IMG/VR virus record: IMGVR_UViG_3300045988_171585
Coordinates: 1-57,195 of that record
Direction: 5' to 3' (one strand)
DNA from: a virus
Length of the DNA: 57,195 nt
Of this stretch, positions 1-9,108 are shown piece by piece (the stretch's first letter is position 1; every line of letters begins with the position of its first letter). The notes beneath the pieces are model-generated. The model was given only the letters and a program-made list of their open reading frames with translations. It did no database searches and was not told the origin of the DNA. The position numbers and the translations under genes were made by a program.

Positions 1-89
1 CACGTTCCTAAGTCTTTTAAACATTCCTATATTACCCTCCTTATCATAATTATACACAAAATATCTAATTTATGCAATAAAAAAAAAAC
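1..89. repeat. Terminal direct repeat; 1-89 is identical to 57107-57195 (circular closure or terminal redundancy)
   Basis: Exact 89-bp identity of the two window ends, read directly. Confidence 0.9.
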
Positions 90-115
90 AAACCCCTAAT
101 TAGTAGGGGTTCTAA
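90..115 (-). terminator. Rho-independent terminator (minus strand)
   Basis: Hairpin aacccctaattagtaggggtt preceded by an A10 run on plus, which is a U-tract on minus; lies downstream of the 2763->485 operon. Confidence 0.6.
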
Positions 116-484
116 AAATGAAATAAATAGTTACATAGGTTAATAGGAGTGCAAAGCGTTTTGTTATCATGGTTAAAATCGTAATTCCACAATCATAGTA
201 TTTCATAACATTATTAGTGTTAATTTTGGTTAAAGTTCAAGTATCATAGTATAATTAAAGTATAAATATTATCTAGCATACACATTCGTATGCAAAAGGA
301 GTCATGCACTCATATCAACCAATTTAATAATAACATATTTCGCCACAAGTGTCAATATTATTTTAATTTTTTTACAAGAGTTTTAACCTTTTCTAATCTA
401 ACTGTATATTCTTCTTCACAAAGTGGTATTTTATATAAAACATCTATTACGTCTTTCATCGATTTTAAATCATATTCTACAGTA

Positions 485-781
485 TCATTCTTCTTCGTCA
501 CCACTAGCCTGTACATTCTCTTCTTCACCTTCAAGTTTTGTTTTTAATTCAAAATCACTATCTGCTAACCTAAACAATTCAAATCTGTAACCATATGGTG
601 TTTTAATCGCAGATACTTCTACATCATCATTAAACACAGTATGAAAACAATATTTCGTTTTATGATCTGACATAAGTCCCATATCCATGATAGTATATAC
701 TTTTCTCATCGCCTGCATATTTGATAGTGTTGTTCTATTTGTAATGATTATCTTATCAACTCTAATCTCTTCCGGATTCAT
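485..781 (-). CDS. hypothetical protein
   Basis: ORF in minus-strand operon, overlaps the next gene. Confidence 0.5.
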   Translation of the reverse strand: MNPEEIRVDKIIITNRTTLSNMQAMRKVYTIMDMGLMSDHKTKYCFHTVFNDDVEVSAIKTPYGYRFELFRLADSDFELKTKLEGEEENVQASGDEEE

Positions 782-1127
782 CCGTTACCCCTTCTATCTT
801 TAATTTGTTTGCAATTCTATCTATTTCCCTATCAGCTTTCTTATAAACCGTATCCATAATATTATCTTCATTTAAATCATAATAATATATAAACTGATTT
901 AAAAGAACTAAAGCGTCCGCTATTTCTTCTTCTAAGTGTTCTCTTTCATGTTTTGTATGAGTCTCACCACATCCACATTCGCAGCAAGCTAAAATCTGAT
1001 CTTCTAGGTCCATAACAGCTTCTATCACTTCAAATGATTCTTCATTAAACTTTTTTAACTGATTTCTATATCCATAATATTCTATTATATGTTTTAATTT
1101 TTCATTTAAATCCGCATTTATATCCAT
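762..1127 (-). CDS. MazG-like nucleotide pyrophosphohydrolase
   Basis: EExxE...EEIADALVLL helix pair typical of the MazG/HisE-like all-alpha NTP-PPase fold. Confidence 0.6.
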   Translation of the reverse strand: MDINADLNEKLKHIIEYYGYRNQLKKFNEESFEVIEAVMDLEDQILACCECGCGETHTKHEREHLEEEIADALVLLNQFIYYYDLNEDNIMDTVYKKADREIDRIANKLKIEGVTDESGRD

Positions 1128-1453
1128 TACTTTTCTCCTTTGCTTTCTAAATAACTTTGTAGTATAAACTTATCTCTTGTGTTCCATTGCTTTGCTTGTT
1201 TTTTATTACTAGGAATATTATTTAATCTATCAACTTCTTGTTGTGCTTCTTCAAATGTTTTAAATTTTTCTAATTCATACATATACGTTTTTTCATCTCT
1301 GCCCATAAAATCTTTAACATCTAAATAATACTGTAATTCTTCATCACCAGCAAAACCACCAAATCCAATTATATGAGTAGGTTGAACATAATATATAAAA
1401 TCTTTGCATTTAATTATATAAAATTCCTTTTTTAATAATTCATCTAATTTCAT
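1127..1453 (-). CDS. hypothetical protein
   Basis: ORF, start/stop coupled to neighbours. Confidence 0.5.
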   Translation of the reverse strand: MKLDELLKKEFYIIKCKDFIYYVQPTHIIGFGGFAGDEELQYYLDVKDFMGRDEKTYMYELEKFKTFEEAQQEVDRLNNIPSNKKQAKQWNTRDKFILQSYLESKGEK

Positions 1454-1593
1454 ACTTATTCTCCTATTTCATTTATTAGTTCATCCTATCTAGATAGTAA
1501 ACCAATTATGATATATGGCAAAATAATCAACACACACATTAATACAAATAATAAACAATATAATAACATTCCTTTAGTTTCATCTTTCATTTA

Positions 1594-1815
1594 TTACTTC
1601 CCCCATTCTATATATGGTTTTATATCTTCCATGCTTCTTAAGAAGTACCCTATAACTATATATTTACCAGTTTTATCTATAAAATCTCCCATAGAACTAT
1701 CTTCATCATAATATTTCTGTAGTTTTTCATGTACTTTTCTATAATTACTAAAAAATGGTATTTTAAAATAAATGTATAACCTTCTTCCAACTTTTTTAAT
1801 TTTACTTGGCTTCAT
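1594..1815 (-). CDS. hypothetical protein
   Basis: ORF in operon. Confidence 0.45.
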   Translation of the reverse strand: MKPSKIKKVGRRLYIYFKIPFFSNYRKVHEKLQKYYDEDSSMGDFIDKTGKYIVIGYFLRSMEDIKPYIEWGK

Positions 1816-2132
1816 TCTGACACCTCTTTATCTTCTAATATTTGTAATAAATCATTTAATCTATCAGCAACTACTCTAATTTCTATATTATTTCTGTGAA
1901 CTATACTATTTTTATTAGCAAGATACAACAAATCTCCATTTTTAATAAAATCTATCGATTTATCAATAACTTCTTTTTGTCTTTTACATTGCTCTTCTGC
2001 TTCATTTAATAATTTGATACATTTGTGATAGCCATAAATTAACCAATCGTAAGTTTCTTTATCTTCTCCCGTTAGTTTATTTTCTAACTCATCGATTCTT
2101 TTTAAATATTCTTCAATTTCTTTTTTATTCAT
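1812..2132 (-). CDS. hypothetical protein (coiled-coil)
   Basis: ORF, overlapping stop/start with neighbours. Confidence 0.5.
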   Translation of the reverse strand: MNKKEIEEYLKRIDELENKLTGEDKETYDWLIYGYHKCIKLLNEAEEQCKRQKEVIDKSIDFIKNGDLLYLANKNSIVHRNNIEIRVVADRLNDLLQILEDKEVSE

Positions 2133-2344
2133 CTTTCCACCTCTTCCATAGGAAGTATCTTTAAATATTCTATTTCATTCATATCTAAAAGTGTTCTCCA
2201 ATATTGTTCTTTATAACCATAATTAGTTTGAATAATATCTACTCCCAATAATCTTATATAATTATCAAAAAAATCAATTGTTTCTAAATTATGTCCACCG
2301 ACTTTGCAACCATTTTTTTCTTTATATTCATAATAATATTTCAT
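2129..2344 (-). CDS. hypothetical protein
   Basis: ORF in operon. Confidence 0.45.
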   Translation of the reverse strand: MKYYYEYKEKNGCKVGGHNLETIDFFDNYIRLLGVDIIQTNYGYKEQYWRTLLDMNEIEYLKILPMEEVER

Positions 2345-2466
2345 TTTATTTATTCCACTCCTTTATCATTAGAATTAATCCAATAATCGCTCCTATACCA
2401 ATTAACCCCCAAAATATTAATGGTATATATAATATAAACATTTAATCCTCCTTTTTATTCCACTTC

Positions 2467-2763
2467 TTACTTTTCCGGCATCTCATAAACAGCCGTTGTA
2501 TTAAAAGTTTTCGCGATATTGTCTTTACTAATACCGTTAAATAAAGCTGAATTATTACCATAGATATCTATCATGCGTCTTGCTATTAATACATCTTCAA
2601 TCGCATTTAACACTTCAAGTGCTCTTTCTTTCGATTCATAAACACCTAAAGTAATCATGTGCGAACCAATTCCATGCTCATTTTCTTTATCGTCATAAAA
2701 ATAATGTATATAATCATCTAGTTTTATTAAACATTCTTTATTCTGACTTCTAATCCACATCAT
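2467..2763 (-). CDS. hypothetical protein
   Basis: First gene of the minus operon, GGAGG RBS upstream. Confidence 0.5.
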   Translation of the reverse strand: MMWIRSQNKECLIKLDDYIHYFYDDKENEHGIGSHMITLGVYESKERALEVLNAIEDVLIARRMIDIYGNNSALFNGISKDNIAKTFNTTAVYEMPEK

Positions 2764-2817
2764 ATTACTTCCACCTTTCTATTAGGATTCTTTGAATAAT
2801 CATTCCTTCCTATGCTT

Positions 2818-2846
2818 ATTATACATAATTATTCAAAATAAGTCAA
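2818..2846 (-). promoter_or_regulatory. sigmaA-type promoter TTGACTT-N17-TATAAT (minus)
   Basis: Reverse complement reads ttgacttattttgaataattatgtataat. Confidence 0.6.
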
Positions 2847-3005
2847 TGATTTTCATAAAAAAAAGTGTACTCTTTTAAAGAATACACAAAGCATTATTCA
2901 TAATCCATTCTCATAAGTACAAGGCACATACTCACTACAACATAATTTTAAAAAAATTTAATGTGGAGAATAAACCATCGATGCAGATTTTCTGCACCCA
3001 TATAC

Positions 3006-3034
3006 ATAATAGCATACTATTTATAATAAGTCAA
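3006..3034 (-). promoter_or_regulatory. sigmaA-type promoter (minus)
   Basis: Reverse complement: ttgact-N17-tattat. Confidence 0.5.
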
Positions 3035-3044
3035 GAGTTTATTG

Positions 3045-3076
3045 GAAAAAAATACACCCATCAACTAAGATGGGTG
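3045..3076. terminator. Bidirectional rho-independent terminator
   Basis: Hairpin acacccatc/gatgggtgt flanked by an A-run and a T-run. Confidence 0.55.
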
Positions 3077-3186
3077 TTTTATCAAAAAAATGATTAAATT
3101 GGACTGAGAAAACACCAACTTTTAAAGCAAGTGTTTTTCAGCACAAACCAAGCAGATGAGTATTCCTTGGTCGGAATACAATTAGT

Positions 3187-3215
3187 ATTATAGCAGATGA
3201 TTAGTGTTTTGTCAA
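3187..3215 (-). promoter_or_regulatory. Consensus sigmaA promoter TTGACA-N17-TATAAT (minus)
   Basis: Reverse complement reads ttgacaaaacactaatcatctgctataat. Confidence 0.65.
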
Positions 3216-3255
3216 TATGTTTTTGGTTGATTTGTAGGATAGTGTAGAATAGGGT

Positions 3256-3350
3256 TTTGAGAATTTTAATTTTGCTAGAGCCCTTGCCCCGGGCTGGGGG
3301 GCGTGTTTTGGTATATACCCCAGCCCCACGCCTAAGTTAGATCTTTTTTT
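3256..3350 (+). ncRNA. Candidate small RNA with GC-rich 8-bp stem (ggctgggg/ccccagcc) and U-tract
   Basis: Upstream -10 tagaat (3244-3249) with ttggtt -35; GC-rich hairpin in an AT-rich genome followed by tcttttttt; no ORF. Confidence 0.35.
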
Positions 3351-3369
3351 CTTTGTTGTAAAAAAACTA

Positions 3370-3398
3370 TTGACTTTTATTTTAAAAAGTAGTATAAT
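3370..3398 (+). promoter_or_regulatory. sigmaA promoter TTGACTTTTAT-N-TATAAT
   Basis: ttgact 3370-3375, 17-bp spacer, tataat 3393-3398. Confidence 0.7.
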
Positions 3399-3431
3399 TA
3401 ATACATACAAAGGAAAGGAAGAAAAAAAGAA

Positions 3432-3659
3432 ATGAAAACAACAAAAAAACAATTGGTCGACTTTGCCACTTCAGTAAATGCGATCGACTTAACAAATGCC
3501 GACAGTGAAGAAGTCAACAACATTAGAAAAAGCGACGATATAAAAGAGGTTAGTTATGCGGTCGGTGTTTATGGTGTGATTGCGTGGCTAGGTGTTGGTA
3601 AGAGTGGCAAATATTACTACATACACGCTAGAAACACTAATTTATTTATTGTTATGTAG
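3432..3659 (+). CDS. hypothetical protein
   Basis: ORF with aggaaaggaag RBS. Confidence 0.5.
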   Translation: MKTTKKQLVDFATSVNAIDLTNADSEEVNNIRKSDDIKEVSYAVGVYGVIAWLGVGKSGKYYYIHARNTNLFIVM

Positions 3660-3666
3660 GTAAAAC

Positions 3667-3882
3667 ATGTATACAATTAACATATATAAATTCACACTAT
3701 TAAAAGTCGGCAAAAGAAAAAAGAAATATTTCGAGTTAATAGATAGTTATAAACATATTAATACTAAAGAGTTAAGTAAACAAGCCATTGAAGTTAAAAA
3801 AATATATTATGACAATCATTATTACATTGATATAGTAGATGAAAAGACTAAAAATGAAATGATAAAGAAAGGGATGAAGTGA
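3667..3882 (+). CDS. hypothetical protein
   Basis: ORF. Confidence 0.4.
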   Translation: MYTINIYKFTLLKVGKRKKKYFELIDSYKHINTKELSKQAIEVKKIYYDNHYYIDIVDEKTKNEMIKKGMK

Positions 3883-3884
3883 AA

Positions 3885-4010
3885 TGATAAGAGCATTTAT
3901 TAATATTAATAAGGTTTTAATCGTATTACCGATAAGACTAGCAATAGCAACAATAAAAGCTGTTGTTTTGCTACCTTTGGCGGTTATCAAAAGTTTTGGG
4001 GGTGCTAAAT
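3885..4010 (+). CDS. small membrane peptide (41 aa)
   Basis: ATG after gaaaggga; hydrophobic product MIRAFININKVLIVLPIRLAIATIKAVVLLPLAVIKSFGGAK. Confidence 0.35.
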
Positions 4011-4011
4011 A

Positions 4012-4236
4012 ATGGACGATAAAAAAGTAAAAAAGCTATATGAAAGAATAAGAAAAGGGGAAAACATTAAAGAGATAGAGGGAAAACGCGTGCAAGTGTA
4101 CGCCTACACCTACATATATTTACATAAGAGATATACCAAAGAAATGATAAGAGCATTAAAAATATGGTGTAATACACCGTTAACGGAACAAAAAGAGGTT
4201 GAAGAGTTAATACTAAAAGTGATTGAAAATGATTAA
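4012..4236 (+). CDS. hypothetical protein
   Basis: ORF followed by terminator hairpin 4244-4275. Confidence 0.45.
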   Translation: MDDKKVKKLYERIRKGENIKEIEGKRVQVYAYTYIYLHKRYTKEMIRALKIWCNTPLTEQKEVEELILKVIEND

Positions 4237-4243
4237 AAAATAA

Positions 4244-4275
4244 AAGGTATAAAAAACAAATATACCTCTTTTCGC
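4244..4275 (+). terminator. Rho-independent terminator
   Basis: aggtata...tatacct stem followed by cttttc. Confidence 0.45.
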
Positions 4276-4747
4276 CGTGGTGTTCTGTTTTACAATAGCT
4301 TTACACTAAGAAGATGTAAACTAAATGTAAAGTGATGTAAACTTTACACAATTATTATATAGTGATCTGTTTTTTAGTGATAGCTTAACAGATGCGTTCT
4401 AACGCCCTTTTTTTTGACTTCTAAGCGACTTTTCTTTTTTCTGCTATTGTTACACTATTTTACTTTTAACCGCTTACTATGAATAAGTAAATAAGGGAAG
4501 AAAAAGGATAACAAAGTCTCTTCATATTTTTTTATACCATTTTTCATACGATTATTTTAACAACCAAAAGGGAACGTGTCTTTATAGTAAAATTTTTTAA
4601 AATTTTTTCCAATAACTCGGACATTTTTTTGAAAAATTGATTTTTTATTTTTTAGAAATTAATAGCGAACATGGTAGCGAACAATCGTTTGTGTTTTATA
4701 TCAAACATCTGTTCGTTTTTTAGGTATAAAAAAAGGCGAACATCTGT

Positions 4748-5500
4748 TCACTTTTTATCTTCTAAAAGTAGTTGCTCTTCTATGACTTTTATACTATCAC
4801 TCTCGCAAACCCTTGAATTTAAAGGGATTGAGAGTTCTAATTTTGTAGGATTATCGTGATCGAACCACGATCTTCCTAATAAGGCAAACAGGTTAGTTGA
4901 CACTGTACCGTCCATTGCAGCCATTAAAGTCGTATCATGACAAAGCTCATAAAAGTTACAAACAATTGTATGATATTTACTATCAGGATTGTTCTTATAA
5001 CCGGCAAGTGTCTTAACTGTAACACCAGTATAAGCAGCCAATCCGGTTGGTGTCGGTATCTGTTTACACAATTGTGTCAACTTAAGGTACTCTACCATTT
5101 CCATTTTAAGTTCTTCTTCACTGATCGCAGTGTAATTATTCATCAAAATATTATTAATAGTTTTTTCATACAAAATATCTTCATAAGCTTTTACATTTTC
5201 ATCAGATAGAAATTTAGATACCTTACTAACAGAATAACCCTTAGTATTACCACTTGCTAATTTACTAAGTGTATTTCTAACTCTATCCTCTTTAGTTGTA
5301 TTAAGTCTAACAGTATTGTTTAGACTACTCTTATCATCAAAATTATTCTTCTTTAATTGTTCTACATATAGCATACCGTTTTCTTCAAAATTATTTACAA
5401 TCTTATCTTTTTCAATTTCAATATCTTTCTCACTAACATTTTTCCTACCGAATTTATCAAAATCAACATCTTTAAATATTTCAGGTTTCATATAAACCAC
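4748..5500 (-). CDS. HTH DNA-binding protein, terminase-small-subunit-like
   Basis: Motif PTPTGLAAYTGVTVKTLAGY resembles the HTH of small terminase/P27-type proteins; isolated minus-strand gene flanked by CGAACAGATGT repeats. Confidence 0.35.
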   Translation of the reverse strand: MVYMKPEIFKDVDFDKFGRKNVSEKDIEIEKDKIVNNFEENGMLYVEQLKKNNFDDKSSLNNTVRLNTTKEDRVRNTLSKLASGNTKGYSVSKVSKFLSDENVKAYEDILYEKTINNILMNNYTAISEEELKMEMVEYLKLTQLCKQIPTPTGLAAYTGVTVKTLAGYKNNPDSKYHTIVCNFYELCHDTTLMAAMDGTVSTNLFALLGRSWFDHDNPTKLELSIPLNSRVCESDSIKVIEEQLLLEDKK

Positions 5501-5589
5501 CTATAACTATTATAACATAAAAATAATCTCTGTCAAGTACTATAGTAAAAAATTAAAAAATACTTATACTTATAAATTATGCTTAAAAA

Positions 5590-6000
5590 CGAACAGATGT
5601 ATGCTAAAATCCTTTGGTAACACTTATAAAATAAGGTTTTACAAAAATTAAAACTCTTTGGTTACACTTTGGTTACACTTTGGTTACATCTCTAAACCCT
5701 TATAAAATAAGCATCTATTCTATATTCTTCTATTTTGTTACCATGTTACCAAGTATATAAAGTCAGAAAAAGCATATAGTACAATATAATGACAAGTATA
5801 ATAATAAAAAATAAGTGTATTTTTATGTATGTGTAATTTTCCGCCTATATAGGAAATTTAAATTTTTGGTTACAACTAGCACAAACCCTTATAAATAAAG
5901 GGTTACCAAGAGGTTACCAAAGTATGTACCATGTTACCAAAAAGGTTACAAAGTAGGTTAATATTGAATAATATTGAATAATATTGAATAATTACAAAAA
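5590..6000. repeat. Iteron-rich region with GTTAC-core repeats (candidate origin/regulatory hub)
   Basis: 3x ctttggttaca direct repeats, at least 6 gttacc/ggtaac copies, 3x tandem atattgaataat, inverted aaacccttataaataaagggtt. Confidence 0.6.
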
Positions 6001-6105
6001 CGGTGCCATTTTTTTGACATGCCATTATTTTGTACATATTATGACTTTTTTTGAATAATATTATCGAAAAAACAAAGACATTTTTTTGACACCTTATTAA
6101 AAAAT

Positions 6106-6135
6106 CTTGACATAATATTGTCATTATGATATTAT
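6106..6135 (+). promoter_or_regulatory. sigmaA promoter TTGACA-N18-TATTAT
   Basis: Read directly; a second upstream candidate lies at 6014-6043. Confidence 0.5.
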
Positions 6136-6159
6136 ATCTTACGAAAGGAGAGATGTGTT

Positions 6160-6483
6160 ATGCCATTTATTATGATTGGAAAAGAAAAATATAACATTGA
6201 TTATACATTATATAGCAACGACATGCGACTTATACTTTTTAAATATAATTCAAGAAAAAGATTAAAAAAAGAGTTAAGAAGTGTATTTAATACGAATAGT
6301 TTTGTTGTTTTAGAAAAACGACTTGATAAATATAATTTAAAATTAGAATTGATTATGAAAACAAGAGCTTTTGATTATTATGAGATAACAACGAAAAATA
6401 TTTATGGTGGTCGTGTTAAAATGAATAATGACGGTATAAAAATTAAATTTAATTTAAGTAGTGCGAAAGGAAACGAAGAATAA
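6160..6483 (+). CDS. hypothetical early protein
   Basis: RBS aaaggagag, ATG. Confidence 0.55.
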   Translation: MPFIMIGKEKYNIDYTLYSNDMRLILFKYNSRKRLKKELRSVFNTNSFVVLEKRLDKYNLKLELIMKTRAFDYYEITTKNIYGGRVKMNNDGIKIKFNLSSAKGNEE

Positions 6484-6836
6484 TGACAAAAATAAATAGA
6501 AATATTAATTATCCTGAAATTGATGAGGGTATGGTTATTCAATTTGATTTTATTAATATGGATAATGAAGACAATTTTAGACTTTATTATGTTGCAACAC
6601 CTTTTAATGGTTTTCTACCTATGATTAGACCTATTATAATGGGGCTTGATAGTTATAATAAAACGCTTGAGGATATTAATAAAGAATTAGAAGAGATTAA
6701 GACGACATGTTTTTTAATGGAAGTACATGAAACTTATAATTATTATGAGATATACTCAAATAGTAGAATTACGAAAGATGTTACCAAAAGAGCAATAGCT
6801 CCAAAAATAGATATTATGAATATTAAAAGGAATTAA
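6483..6836 (+). CDS. hypothetical early protein
   Basis: Translationally coupled (taATGa). Confidence 0.55.
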   Translation: MTKINRNINYPEIDEGMVIQFDFINMDNEDNFRLYYVATPFNGFLPMIRPIIMGLDSYNKTLEDINKELEEIKTTCFLMEVHETYNYYEIYSNSRITKDVTKRAIAPKIDIMNIKRN

Positions 6837-6867
6837 AGTATATAAAAATATATACTTTTTTTCTTTG

Positions 6868-6897
6868 TAAACCCTTTATTTATAAGGGTTTTTAAAA
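6868..6897 (+). terminator. Rho-independent terminator
   Basis: aaacccttt atttata agggttt followed by a T-run. Confidence 0.6.
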
Positions 6898-6923
6898 AAG
6901 TTTTAAAAATAGTAAAAAAAGTA

Positions 6924-6952
6924 TTGACTTTTATTTTAATATATAGTATACT
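6924..6952 (+). promoter_or_regulatory. sigmaA promoter TTGACTTTTAT-N-TATACT
   Basis: Same -35 cassette as 3370, 15061 and 17861. Confidence 0.65.
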
Positions 6953-6984
6953 TATATCAAGCAACGGGAAATAATGCAAGTTGG

Positions 6985-7239
6985 TTGAAGAAAGAAAGGA
7001 CTGATTTTATGGAAGATGTTTATGTTGATATAAGAGGACTTGATATTTACGATTTATTTAATAATAAAGACTTTGTTAGCATTGAAGAATTAGTTGATAT
7101 GTTAAGTGGTATCTATATTGATAATAAAAATAAAGAGCATGAAATTGATGAGTTGAGAACTTTTAAAAACAACATATGTAATGAGGTTATGAAAAACCCA
7201 TATAGTTATTATGGTATTAGTGAGAGCGATTTTCATTAG
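6985..7239 (+). CDS. hypothetical early protein (acidic)
   Basis: ORF after promoter. Confidence 0.5.
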   Translation: MKKERTDFMEDVYVDIRGLDIYDLFNNKDFVSIEELVDMLSGIYIDNKNKEHEIDELRTFKNNICNEVMKNPYSYYGISESDFH

Positions 7240-7248
7240 AGAGGATAG

Positions 7249-7554
7249 GTGTGTAAAATGATAAAAAATATTGATTTAGATTATTTAGATAGTTGTATTA
7301 GTAATTTTGATATCACAGATAGTATTAATTATAACTTTGAAAATTATATTAATTTAAATAATTTTATTGATTATTTAAAGAAAGAAAATTTATACGATGA
7401 TATTAAGGATACTTTAAATATGTATTTATTTATGTGTCATAACGAAGATAAAAAGGAAATTGAAAATTACAGTAATGAATTACAAGAGGACGTTGTTAAT
7501 TTTATGAAATGTACGATAGATGAATGTCTTATTGATGATGAGGAGAATAAATAG
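7249..7554 (+). CDS. hypothetical early protein (highly acidic)
   Basis: ORF. Confidence 0.5.
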   Translation: MCKMIKNIDLDYLDSCISNFDITDSINYNFENYINLNNFIDYLKKENLYDDIKDTLNMYLFMCHNEDKKEIENYSNELQEDVVNFMKCTIDECLIDDEENK

Positions 7555-7556
7555 TT

Positions 7557-7760
7557 ATGGAAATTAAGTTTAATAAAGAAGAAATATTAAAGTCAATTGG
7601 TATTGAGTGTAGCTGTGATATTGATTATATTACATATATGCAACAATTAATTGATGATTTATATAGACATAATAAAAATTATAATAATAAGCAATATTAT
7701 ATGATTAATGATTTAAAAGAAATATTAGATAATATAGAAGTTAAGGAGAGTGAATTATAA
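7557..7760 (+). CDS. hypothetical early protein
   Basis: ORF. Confidence 0.5.
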   Translation: MEIKFNKEEILKSIGIECSCDIDYITYMQQLIDDLYRHNKNYNNKQYYMINDLKEILDNIEVKESEL

Positions 7761-8062
7761 TGAAAAATGGAAAAATGTTTGATTTAAAAAGTGAATATGA
7801 TAGTGCAAAAAGTTTTGGTGGTAAGGCGAAAATTATAGAGGTTAAAAATAGAAATATAACTGATTTACAATTATATAGCTATAATACCTTTGTAGCAAGA
7901 ATTACTATGGTACATGGTATAAAAACATATTATTGTTTTGGTAAGTATTCGTCTACTACAACAAGACATCAAAAAGAGTTTTTTAGACAAAATGGCTTGA
8001 GTGAAGTAGAGATATCAGAACTATTTAAAAATGGTAAATTAGAAGTTAAGGATAGTGAATAA
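7760..8062 (+). CDS. hypothetical early protein
   Basis: Conserved junction aaggagagtgaattataATG. Confidence 0.55.
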   Translation: MKNGKMFDLKSEYDSAKSFGGKAKIIEVKNRNITDLQLYSYNTFVARITMVHGIKTYYCFGKYSSTTTRHQKEFFRQNGLSEVEISELFKNGKLEVKDSE

Positions 8063-8092
8063 TTATGGTAAGTAAAATTATATTGAGAGATA

Positions 8093-8284
8093 GTGGTAGT
8101 GTGTTATGTGATGATTTGGTTATTTTTGATGACTATGTATCGCTTATTGACATTGAGAAAAAAAATTGAAGAAGTTAAAGATAATAACGAAAACTACACA
8201 AATGAAGACATTTACGATGCACTAGATGAATTATCATCATGTGAAATAATATGGATTGGTAAATGTGATATCGTTGAATATTAG
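8093..8284 (+). CDS. hypothetical protein (start uncertain)
   Basis: ORF; N-terminus hydrophobic. Confidence 0.35.
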   Translation: MVVCYVMIWLFLMTMYRLLTLRKKIEEVKDNNENYTNEDIYDALDELSSCEIIWIGKCDIVEY

Positions 8285-8303
8285 AAAAGGAGAGTGAATA
8301 ATT

Positions 8304-8549
8304 ATGATGAATAATAGTTTATATGATAGTGGAGAGTGTTTATTAGGACAAGTAAGTGTAATAAAAAAATATATTTACGAAAACTTTAAAGATTATGAAG
8401 ATTATGAAGATTTATTAAAAGAATTAAATAACTATGATGAGGATAGTATAGTGGTTATTGATTACGACCACATGGGGTATTTAGGTTATAGCATAGATGA
8501 GTTTACTAGCAGTGATATTATATATGTTGAAAGTAAGGAGCGTGATTAA
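8304..8549 (+). CDS. hypothetical early protein (acidic)
   Basis: Junction motif aaggagagtgaataattATG. Confidence 0.55.
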   Translation: MMNNSLYDSGECLLGQVSVIKKYIYENFKDYEDYEDLLKELNNYDEDSIVVIDYDHMGYLGYSIDEFTSSDIIYVESKERD

Positions 8550-8550
8550 A

Positions 8551-8916
8551 ATGACCGATAAAGAAATATTAGCAGAGTTAAAAAGAAGTTATGAATATTT
8601 AGTAGATATTAGAGAAAATGGCTCAATAGACCATTGTTCGGGGCAAATGAAATATAACCTTGATAAATTATATGAGAGTATTAATAATATTGCAGATATT
8701 TATAGTGATTTTTATAAAACTCTTGATTTAGAAAGTTTAAGAATAGAGCAGTTAGAAGATAGCAAAGAAAAAGTTTATATTTCTAGTGATGTTATTGTAG
8801 ATTATGTTTCATTTAATTTTGACACGGGAGAGAGTAATTATTTTACTTGTGAAGATATTGGTTATTATTGGTATGATGATTACACATTTTTGAATAAGGT
8901 TAAGGAGAGCAATTAA
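8551..8916 (+). CDS. hypothetical early protein
   Basis: Start refined to the ATG at 8551 after aaggagcgtgattaaa. Confidence 0.55.
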   Translation: MTDKEILAELKRSYEYLVDIRENGSIDHCSGQMKYNLDKLYESINNIADIYSDFYKTLDLESLRIEQLEDSKEKVYISSDVIVDYVSFNFDTGESNYFTCEDIGYYWYDDYTFLNKVKESN

Positions 8917-8917
8917 G

Positions 8918-9106
8918 ATGTTGCAAGACATGACTTTTGAAGAATTAATAGATTATATTTTAATCTTAGAAAAAGAAAATGACTTTTTAAAAGAAGAATT
9001 AAGAAAAGAACGAAAGAAACTAACTAATAAGATAAATAAAGATTATGAAGATAATAGAAATATGATTGTAAATATATTTAAAAATGTTATTGAGGAGAGT
9101 GAATAG
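8918..9106 (+). CDS. hypothetical early protein
   Basis: Junction motif. Confidence 0.5.
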   Translation: MLQDMTFEELIDYILILEKENDFLKEELRKERKKLTNKINKDYEDNRNMIVNIFKNVIEESE

Positions 9107-9108
9107 TT

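Noticed and set aside
290-547. 85-aa plus ORF at the left end
   Set aside because: Low-complexity product overlapping the minus-strand gene 485-781 and upstream region; no RBS
3201-3452. 83-aa minus ORF spanning the GC-rich hairpin and a plus promoter
   Set aside because: Overlaps regulatory elements, contains the GC palindrome, no RBS; spurious
5959-5995. Tandem atattgaataat x3 considered as a CRISPR-like array
   Set aside because: Repeats are contiguous with no spacers and only 12 bp long; not a CRISPR array, so treated as iterons
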